Source: Azolla caroliniana (taxonomy: Eukaryota > Plantae > Polypodiophyta). Taken from it: 7,475 nucleotides of DNA. Made by a program: the position numbers and the translations under genes. Each line of letters starts with the position of its first letter. Position 1 is the first letter of the stretch. This document shows positions 1-7,345 of this stretch, piece by piece. The notes beneath the pieces are model-generated. The model was given only the letters and a program-made list of their open reading frames with translations, did no database searches and was not told where the DNA came from. The stretch lies in NCBI GenBank assembly GCA_043228905.1, contig JBHGNT010001488.1:1-7475 (forward strand). The letters are read 5' to 3'.

Positions 1-120
1 TGAGAAAGGTGAATGTACTTGTGGGTGATTACGCGTTATGGTTGAACACCGGTGCATTGGGATGTTCCATACACCAACAATAAGCTAAATATACTTCCTC
101 ACATGACTATGGTTTGGTCA

Positions 121-345
121 AGAATTCCGAACTTTATATTGCAATCTTTCAATCAATATGTCAGCAAACTATTTAGGTTGTTAAATGTGATTGTTTTTGC
201 TTTACTTTTAGTTTCTATGTTAGTTTTCATATTTGGCTCATGGGAGAACAACAATATCTTAGATAGCAAAGACAATCACATTTAGCAACATAAATAGTTT
301 GCTGACATTATGATTGACAGATTGAAATATAATGTTTTGAATTCT
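121..345. repeat. Long inverted repeat with 81-bp arms (121-201 and 265-345) and a 63-bp spacer; foldback/MITE-like
   Basis: An ungapped manual alignment of 121-201 with the reverse complement of 265-345 gives 71/81 identities, including the perfect core ATGTCAGCAAACTATTTA. Confidence 0.9.
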
Positions 346-1672
346 CAACTTTGCTGTGTCTTAGCTGCCACAAATTATGTTTGTCCAACATCTTGCCATT
401 TGTACTTTCCTCTAGAAATGGTTTAAACAAACTGGTTTCTGGAAAAGTAGAATCATGTTTAGCTTGAACCTAGAATACTTTAATATCACAAGGAATGGGC
501 CACTTTTGTTCTTTACAGCTCAATGTGTGGTTTGTTAGTAACTTTGCAACCTACGGGAGCAATAAGAACTCTCTTCTATTCTTTACAAAGCTAAGACATA
601 GATTGCCATGCTTTGTATACAATGCAATTTTTTACTGTATATTTATAGTTGCTCCAAGTACCAGCTATTATTGTACAATCTTTAGTGATATGGAACTAAC
701 AACCTACTTATCATGCCTTGATACATTGGTACAGCAGAGCATTGTGCATTTTTGTTCCTGCATAAAACCAAAACATGTATGTTTGTCTTTTTTGTCATAG
801 TACCCCTCTTACTGATTGTTCCAATTAGAGTTGCCATTCTTATTTTCATGCACTCAATATCATTATTTGGGTTAACATTTGTAACATTCATCCAGATGAA
901 TTTGCAAAGATTTCATTGAATCAAATTGGTTGTCTCTTTTCAGTCCGGGGTTGTAGCCTCTTGCAAAATAGTTATTCAGTCTTTGCATGCAAGTCAAGGC
1001 AACATGATAATTTTATGCCCATTTTTGTTTTGATGATAGGATAATGTAGCTTTACACCGCGGTTAGGGCCAGTTAGTTCTTGTGCTTGCACTCACTGATG
1101 ATCATCTCTTATCTTTGTTAGTTAATCTTGTGAGAGGCCACTGAACTCATAAAAAACTTAAGAAGACGTCTACCATCATTATATAACCATCCAAACAAAA
1201 GATTGCATATTGCAAACAATAATAGTAAAATAAACATGCATCTGTATTTGGATATGTAAATGATTTCCTCAACCCAGAGATCAAATAGTTTGTGTAACAC
1301 TAGGCATCCTTGTTCAACGATGCTCAAGAATTTAGTGGAGCCGCTATCAATGGTTTTACATTTCACATTGGTATATGTTTATATATCTGACCACACACTG
1401 CATCTCTGAACATATTGATTGAATCCAAGTTCTCTCATTGACAGAGAGAGGTAGATAATTATCTTGTTACCGTCCACAGGAGACCAATTGCATTCTATTA
1501 GATGGGGCCTAGCCCTTGGCGAGGATGGGAATGGGTTCTCCCAATAGAGAGAGCATTTTCCACTAGGCAAAATTAGACATGAATCCCCAGAAATGGTGGT
1601 GCATAACATAATTTGCTCAGATCAGCTTCAATTGAATAAAAAACAGAATAGTGGTGCCATTGTTGTTGTCAG

Positions 1673-1746
1673 TCATGGCACAACTGTTAAGTTTGGCTCC
1701 AATGTTAACTCCATGGTGATAGGACAGTGATCACTTCCATAAAACC
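1673..1746 (-). CDS. APE1L: APE1L coding exon 9 (FYGSDHCPITMEL...VVP*), 74 nt
   Basis: Acceptor ATACAG|GG. It contains the catalytic SDHCP motif and ends with TGA at 1675-1673. Confidence 0.93.
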
Positions 1747-4700
1747 CTGTATTATTATCATAGACTTGAATCAGATCATAAAACCTGATGTGACCATCTT
1801 CATTATATATGGAATTGGATCAAATTAAGATCCTTGAAATGTTTATTTTAACTTCTGGTTAATGAAAGTTAATGCACATTTGTATTTATAAATCTTTATG
1901 TGGCAATTACACAGTTTTCCCTTGATCAAATCATGGAAGCAAACACACATTTGCATTTATAAATATTTATGCGGTGAGGTTGCCAGGTTTTATTACCTTC
2001 CAGTTCGATACCATGGCCATGTATCTCACTCTTCACAAGTCTTGGAAGTAGCTCCCTAGCAATCAAGAAGTAGTCTATTCTCATGCGCTTGCCGCGATAT
2101 CTAACCAAAATAAATAAAGCAATCCAAATTTATTAAGATTCGGATTTGCATGATGGGACTGGAAACTCAAATTGAATCAAGTTGTTGAAATGGAGAACAC
2201 TATAAAGACTTGATTTGGAATCCCATTCACATGAAAGCAGCAAAGACTTTTTAGAAAGTGCATATATTGCAACTCACATGTTTTTAAAACTTTGCAAAAA
2301 CACATTTTTTCAGATTAATCATCTGTATATATAGAAGATTAAATATAAGAATAAATAGCATACTTTCCAATCGGATGCCCAGACCAACTGAATCCTCCAT
2401 CCATGTCTTTTTGCATGTGCAGAAACCGATATGTATCAATCAAATCTCCACTGTATGCTAAACAGATAAGGTTAGCAATCAACTCCCAGGAATCATGAAA
2501 GTCTTTTCAATCAAGAAACTGTACTGAAATCATCTTCTCATCATCATATTCTGGAACAAAACAAAATAGATGAAAAATCGTACTCCTTCAATATTCTTGA
2601 AAACCTGTCTCGCTCAGCTTGCGTAAACCCAGGTTGACCACTGTCCTACAAAGAATACATCAACCAAAGTTTAATTTTTAAAAAACGTTTGAAACATATG
2701 TCAATAGCAGATCAATCTTTATCTAGATTCTATTACACATCAATTTGGATATTACATCTTTTAGAAGAATGTAAATTTTCTCTCCCAACATGGAAAACCT
2801 AAATGTATGAGCCTCAAGGTTTTCTTTCCCTCTTAAAACAGCATCATATATATCAATAAATTTGATTTCAACACTATACAATGGTAAACTACAGAATACC
2901 TCACTATTAGGAGGAACATATCCTTGTTGCTTTGCAGTCTTGAAAAACTCAGGGTGACTTACATCTATTTCCCCATGGCTTTACATCAAAAATAAAAATA
3001 TTAATTAGTTTAAAAATAAAGTTTATAAAATTAAAACAAACTACATCAATATGGACTGTATGGAAGCAATATGGTTTGGTTATTACCTGACATTCAAATC
3101 TCCGCACCATATTAAGGGCTTCGCAGATCTTTTTGAAACAAAATCCAGGATCCTTTGATCCCATTTTCTTCTCCTTTGGAAAGATGACTCTTCATCTTTC
3201 CATCCATTGTTAGGAGCATATGTGTTCATCAGATAAAAACTATTGAATTCAACAAAGATGACTCTCCCATCAGCTTCATGCTTCTTAGTATCTACATCAA
3301 TTGCATTTTTAATATCATATCAGAAGGACAAAAAGAATGGAAGTACCAACTTCAAAGAGAATCAACATTTTAAATCATAAACAAAATAACATGCCAATAT
3401 AGTAAATGTTGATTCATTAGTAAAGGTGTTGAAGAGAGAGAAGTATCACCAATTTGATCAAAAGAGAATCTGACGTTCAACGGCTTATAGCATCGTTTCA
3501 CAAGTAACCCTGTCCCCCCGTATTTAGTGTCTGCCAAAGACCACCAAACTCTGTAATCCGCAAATGGTGGGCAAGAGAGGGTTCGCATAATAAACTGCGA
3601 GTGCAAGAGAACTTTATTGGCCATGATATTAAATGCATATAGTAAGAGAAAATACAAGATCTCTCAAGAGTTATAGAAAAATGAGAAAAAAACTCTGAAA
3701 TACCCAGAGCTTTTTCTTATTTCCCTTAAATACCCATCAGTCTTCATTTTCTCCAAGACTGAACTTGGTCAACCACCTCTTGAGCAATTTCAAATGTGCT
3801 ATTTGAGCAACTATATAATTGATTCAATCCCCCTTTTCTATCTTTCAGGCATTGTGTCAAAGGGTATTCGTGGAAATTTTACAAAATTGGGGTAATAACA
3901 AAATATTAGAGGTATTTAAGGAAATAATGAAAAATTGAAACATATTTCTGAGTTTTCATAGAAAATTCAAACTCTGTGTGACCCATGATAAGATAACCTG
4001 CTTATCATCTCGTGCACCATTCGTATCATCTTTCATCTCCCCTCGGTTCTTAGGTTCACCCTTTCGACCAGCAGCTGGCATGCGTACCTCCTGCACACAA
4101 ACATTTCATAACAAACAATCTGTCAAGGTTTCCAAACGTATTCACCACTTCATTACATTCTGAAGAAACACATTGTATGGGAGCTTGGATATAATGCTGA
4201 GAACAGCATGGTACTCTATTGCTAGAAACGACTTTTGATGTATGGGTTTTTTTGTAATTAACTGATTTTGAAGTAATAACCAATATATGAATCTCATTTT
4301 CATTGTTGGTTGTTTTTAATTGTCCATGGCCAAATCACATAGTGATTGATTGTAAACTATCCCCCACGATTGCTAACACATTCCCAATGTTTGAGCAACA
4401 TTTTTTAGTTGCTGACAAAACCATTGAAACCATCAAAGCTATCCAGACTCTGAATAGACATAGTCATCCACATGCAAATCTGGTCTATGCCTAGAGTTAT
4501 TATCAACTCCTAATTGAGGTTATGTGTGTGCATATAACAATCATAATTCACCAAAAGTTGCCTAAGTTTCAGATATTCAAGGGCCAGTGTGACTCAACCA
4601 CATAAAAATGTGCTGTACCTCTAGGCTTATATGGAATCCTAAATTAGGCATCCATTGTATAAGGAAATATTATAGGGCCCAATGCCACCTAATGTTCACC

Positions 4701-5667
4701 TTTCAAGTACCACTGTGACTACAACTGCTATAGGCTGTTAGAACCATGTACAGGAAGACATTGGCACATTAGGGACCAATATAACAAGATTATCACCTTA
4801 CATTTTCACCATTAGATGGGTATACAAAGATTGCAAGGGCCATATAGGTATAAGTGAACATAAAAGAGGCTCCATATAGACAAGCTTATTTCTTTACATT
4901 TTTTACCTTTTGAATGCTTATGTAAATATTTCCATACTTAAGCTTACTGCTTCCCAGTTTCACCATGGCCAATGTGTAAGCAAGTTTGTTTCTTTTTTAC
5001 GTAGCAATACTCATATGGGCATAAGCAAACACTCTAGAAGAGCTCCCATACTCGAGATTATTCCTTTCTTAATTTTTCACTTCGAAATGTGTTAAATTAA
5101 GTAATAAAATAACGGTGGTGTGAAAAACTAAGGGAACAACTCCAATCCACCCCTGATTTTTCCTTTTCTTTTCGCATGCCCTTGTACCCTCAGATAGAGA
5201 GAGAGGACGAATTGACCATACAATTGCTTAAATAGGACGTTTAATTCATCAAGAGGGCGTTTTCCAGCGGCATTTCAGGAAATTATGAATCTTTGCGTCC
5301 GTTTAAGGGAAATGAATAAAAACTTGGGGGCATTTCGAAGTTTTCTGGAAGAACAAACCTGTATTGCAATAACATCAGGATCCATCTGTTGAAGAAAAGT
5401 GGTGAGCTCGGAAAGGTTGTTCCGGAGCCTAAGAATGAAGCTATTGGCATTCCAAGACATGAATCGAAGTGGGTCTTCGATATTCTTCGGCTGTTTATCA
5501 TTATTACAATCATCTGTTAAGTTTACTGGAGGAGGAGGAGGAGGAGGGGAAGAATCGATATTTCCTGCAGATTTTGAGTGTGGGATGGGAAGACGAGGAT
5601 CAGAAGGAGTAATGGCGAGCTTCTTGGAGGTGGGTTCTTTCGGCACAGTTGTGAAGAAGCGTTTCAT
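1673..5667 (-). CDS. APE1L: DNA-(apurinic/apyrimidinic site) endonuclease, ExoIII/EEP family, plant APE1L type; spliced CDS complement(join(1673..1746,1997..2100,2364..2450,2584..2645,2900..2978,3087..3291,3450..3594,3998..4090,5359..5667)), 385 aa
   Basis: Manual splicing gives 1158 nt in one open frame: MKRFFTTVPKEPTSKKLAITPSDPRLPIPHSKSAGNIDSSPPPPPPPVNLTDDCNNDKQPKNIEDPLRFMSWNANSFILRLRNNLSELTTFLQQMDPDVIAIQEVRMPAAGRKGEPKNRGEMKDDTNGARDDKQFIMRTLSCPPFADYRVWWSLADTKYGGTGLLVKRCYKPLNVRFSFDQIDTKKHEADGRVIFVEFNSFYLMNTYAPNNGWKDEESSFQRRRKWDQRILDFVSKRSAKPLIWCGDLNVSHGEIDVSHPEFFKTAKQQGYVPPNSEDSGQPGFTQAERDRFSRILKDGDLIDTYRFLHMQKDMDGGFSWSGHPIGKYRGKRMRIDYFLIARELLPRLVKSEIHGHGIELEGFYGSDHCPITMELTLEPNLTVVP*. It contains the ExoIII catalytic motifs and segments I recall as APE1L-specific (MKRFF start, EVRMPAAG, VWWSLAD, GYVPPN, YRGKRMRIDY). 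All introns are GT-AG. Confidence 0.95.
1875..1974. repeat. 29-bp direct repeat in intron 8 (1875-1903 and 1946-1974)
   Basis: CACATTTGTATTTATAAATCTTTATGTGG versus CACATTTGCATTTATAAATATTTATGCGG, 26/29 identical. Confidence 0.75.
1997..2100 (-). CDS. APE1L: APE1L coding exon 8 (YRGKRMRIDYFL...HGIELE), 104 nt
   Basis: Acceptor GGTTAG|A and donor G|GTAATA (phase 1). It contains the RIDY motif and lies within ORF 1926..2108. Confidence 0.93.
2364..2450 (-). CDS. APE1L: APE1L coding exon 7 (GDLIDTYRFLH...FSWSGHPIG), 87 nt
   Basis: Acceptor ATACAG|T and donor AA|GTATGC (phase 2). It contains the DxYRxxH and FSW motifs. Confidence 0.92.
2584..2645 (-). CDS. APE1L: APE1L coding exon 6 (DSGQPGFTQAERDRFSRILK), 62 nt
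   Basis: Acceptor TTTGTAG|GAC and donor GA|GTACGA (phase 2). It contains the GFTxxER motif. Confidence 0.9.
2900..2978 (-). CDS. APE1L: APE1L coding exon 5 (HGEIDVSHPEFFKTAKQQGYVPPNSE), 79 nt
   Basis: Acceptor GTAAAG|C and donor GAG|GTATTC (phase 0). Confidence 0.9.
3087..3291 (-). CDS. APE1L: APE1L coding exon 4 (TKKHEADGRV...NTYAPNNG...WCGDLNV), 205 nt
   Basis: Acceptor ATGTAG|AT and donor AG|GTAATA (phase 2). It contains the DGRV, NTY and GDLN motifs. Confidence 0.93.
3450..3594 (-). CDS. APE1L: APE1L coding exon 3 (FIMRTLS...VWWSLADTKYGGTGLL...FDQI), 145 nt
   Basis: Acceptor TCGCAG|TTT and donor G|GTGATA (phase 1). It lies within ORF 3370..3657. Confidence 0.9.
3689..3956. repeat. Imperfect inverted repeat in intron 2 (arms 3689-3734 and 3911-3956); possible decayed MITE
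   Basis: AAAACTCTGAAATA-N8-TTTTTCTTATTTCCCTTAAATACC aligns with the reverse complement AAAACTCAGAAATA-N8-TTTTTCATTATTTCCTTAAATACC, about 36 matches over 46 nt. Confidence 0.65.
3998..4090 (-). CDS. APE1L: APE1L coding exon 2 (EVRMPAAGRKGEPKNRGEMKDDTNGARDDKQ), 93 nt
   Basis: Acceptor TGTGCAG|GAG and donor CAG|GTTATC. It supplies the metal-binding Glu of the QE motif. It is not in the ORF track. Confidence 0.92.
5359..5667 (-). CDS. APE1L: APE1L coding exon 1 (MKRFF...FMSWNANS...DPDVIAIQ), 309 nt
   Basis: ATG at 5667 begins MKRFF. The exon ends CAG|GTTTGT (phase 0). It lies within ORF 5275..5817. Confidence 0.92.
5527..5547 (-). repeat. Coding microsatellite (CCT)6CCA encoding seven prolines
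   Basis: The plus strand reads TGG(AGG)6, in frame in exon 1. Confidence 0.9.
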
Positions 5668-5976
5668 GACTCTTGTCTCAATCTCTCTGTGGAACAGGGG
5701 TTTGAAGTTTGAACATTGAGGCCTGTTCATGTTGTATTTCCATGGGGGGTATGTATTCTCATTAAGTTTGTGAAATCTTTGTAGGGAGAGGGGTATGCAG
5801 AGAAATACCAAAAGCACGTAGAACCTTGCTCTAAGTTTCTATTGTACTAAGATTTCATCATCATAAATTATAATTATCATCACCCCTCCATAAGGTGGTG
5901 CTTTACCTGACTAGCCGACATAAGTGCAATTGCTCTCCACAAAACGTGCCTAGAGGAACTAGTCTTGATCATTTCC

Positions 5977-6212
5977 AGATCAATATCAGCACCTTCTTCT
6001 TTGTGTGCTTGTCTGTTGTGGCATTCCATGGAAACCATCAGACAAGTACCCATTTCTCAGACTCAGTTTGTATTTCAGACCCACGTAGCGAAGCTAGTTA
6101 GATCAATATCACCTTCTTCTTTGTGTGCTTGTTGTGGCACTCCATGGAAACCATCAAACAAGAACCCATTTCTCAGACCCCAATTGTATTTTTGTAGACC
6201 CACGTAGCAAAG
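5977..6212. repeat. Two-copy tandem duplication with a period of ~123 bp (5977-6093 and 6100-6212)
   Basis: Both copies read AGATCAATATC..ACCTTCTTCTTTGTGTGCTTG..TTGTGGCA.TCCATGGAAACCATCA.ACAAG.ACCCATTTCTCAGAC...TTGTATTT..AGACCCACGTAGC.AAG, differing by small indels and substitutions. Confidence 0.93.
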
Positions 6213-6432
6213 GTTGTCAAACACCACTTTGCACGATGTGGAGGGCAAAGCTCTTTGTCCTTGAATGAATGTTGAAACCTACCCCCCACCCCACCCCCTA
6301 AACTTCTTGTGTGTCCATTAAACCTCTTGAAATAATTACAAGTGATGAACATTACAAACCTTGTGCTTATAATTAGACAACCTAGAAACTAGTGCGACCA
6401 CCACCACTAAAAAGGATACATTTTGCTATGAT

Positions 6433-6897
6433 TTAAGAGGTGACATCTTTTATATTAGTGATTATCAAATCACACAACTCAACTAATCCCCTTTGGACTG
6501 ATTTGGGATCTTTATGAAAGATTATAACAAGAAAATCCTTCACGTCGTTGGGTAGTTGACGACGGAATTGATTGATTAATGCCTCTTTCTCCAATGGAAT
6601 ATAACATCCAAGAAGGGAAAAGTCCATCATGTAAGTAAGGCACTCCTTGCCACAATCCTTGGATTTTGCTCGATAGAAACCATCAAAATTATCTAGCAAT
6701 GGTGATATTTTCCCAAGCAATGATGCAAAACACGTCGCATGTTCACAAAGTTCCAACTAGTGCAACTCGATCAATGCCGATTATAAGGCATCTGCTAAGA
6801 ATGCATCTGAATTGATTAGACGCATTCGACTCAAGGATCCTCCGAGTTGAGACCATGCAACATCAAACTTCGTTGTGCATCGAGGATGTGATGGGGT
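6433..6897 (-). mobile_element. Degenerate Ty3/gypsy LTR retrotransposon gag fragment (Retrotrans_gag-like)
   Basis: Reading through stops at 6781-6783 and 6757-6759 gives TPSHPRCTTKFDVAWSQLGGSLSRMRLINSDAFLADAL*SALIELH*LELCEHATCFASLLGKISPLLDNFDGF...YMMDFSLLGCYIPLEKEALINQFRRQLPNDVKDFLVIIFHKDPKS. This matches, in order, recalled gypsy Gag blocks (P-x-KFDG; WF-x-P-LL...LL-x-NF-x-x-F; Y-x-x-DF-x-LL; EAL-x-x-QFR-x-GL-x-x-DVKD). The LxQG motif appears in a shifted frame as KIQGLWQG at 6644-6667. Confidence 0.75.
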
Positions 6898-7329
6898 TCA
6901 AATCCTTCATAAGGCCTATTAACATTATGAATGCTCATGAGTCGTAACAACCAAGACTTGTAAATATTGGAAGCACAACCTTAAACTGCTAGAACAATTA
7001 CATGGGATGATGATTTATGAACACACACATAATGTTGCTTAATGGAGATTTTGGATAAGACATAGGCCTATTTGTCCATAGACAACCCATATGACTGATC
7101 TAATGAAGCCGATTATGCTGTAGGTTTATAAATGTAGGGTTTTACTGTGTAAATAGACATGGATGCCCTACTGTATACACTTGCTCTTGCAACTTGTTGA
7201 TAGCATTCACCTGGATGTCAGCTCTGATCTGCCAGGAGCTACGTATGTAGGTAAGAATCTCCATTCTAGGTATGTGCATGTTGATTTCTCCTATGTATGG
7301 TGTATAACAGGATGGAAGAGGGCTTTCAT

Positions 7330-7345
7330 CCCTAAACCCTAAACC
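7330..7345 (+). repeat. Short interstitial plant telomeric repeat / telo-box, (CCCTAAA)2CC
   Basis: CCCTAAACCCTAAACC contains the telo-box AAACCCTAA. Regulatory function is not shown. Confidence 0.7.

Noticed and set aside
52-285. 77-aa ORF with a hydrophobic stretch
   Set aside because: It has a non-ATG start and runs through the inverted repeat and its T-rich spacer, which explains the hydrophobicity.
495-1609. Short ORFs 495..800, 682..891, 1118..1366 and 1379..1609
   Set aside because: They have no recognisable motifs, and their composition is typical of AT-rich UTR or intergenic DNA.
2646-2899. Intron 5 donor GTATTCTG as a possible U12-type intron
   Set aside because: It differs from GTATCCTT at two positions, and there is no TCCTTAAC branch point near the acceptor.
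1673-5667. Assignment as ARP or APE2, or as a pseudogene
   Set aside because: There is no long N-terminal SAP-containing extension (ARP) and no C-terminal zf-GRF region (APE2). The spliced frame has no stops and the catalytic residues are intact.
5399-5719. 106-aa plus-strand ORF with a poly-Gly tract
   Set aside because: It is the antisense shadow of APE1L exon 1; the poly-Gly mirrors the poly-Pro codons.
5275-5817. 180-aa ORF as a standalone gene
   Set aside because: It is exon 1 plus read-through into the upstream region and intron 1. Similarity to APE1L stops at the GT donor at 5358.
5895-6207. Plus-strand ORFs 5895..6101 and 5965..6207, the latter with an internal peptide repeat
   Set aside because: The repeated peptide reflects the DNA tandem duplication, and indels between the copies do not preserve frame.
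7221-7234. TGGCAGATCAGAGC on the minus strand, resembling a tRNA-iMet primer-binding site (TGGTATCAGAGC) upstream of gag
   Set aside because: It needs a 2-nt insertion and a mismatch, has no adjacent LTR-terminal CA, and no LTR pair is visible.
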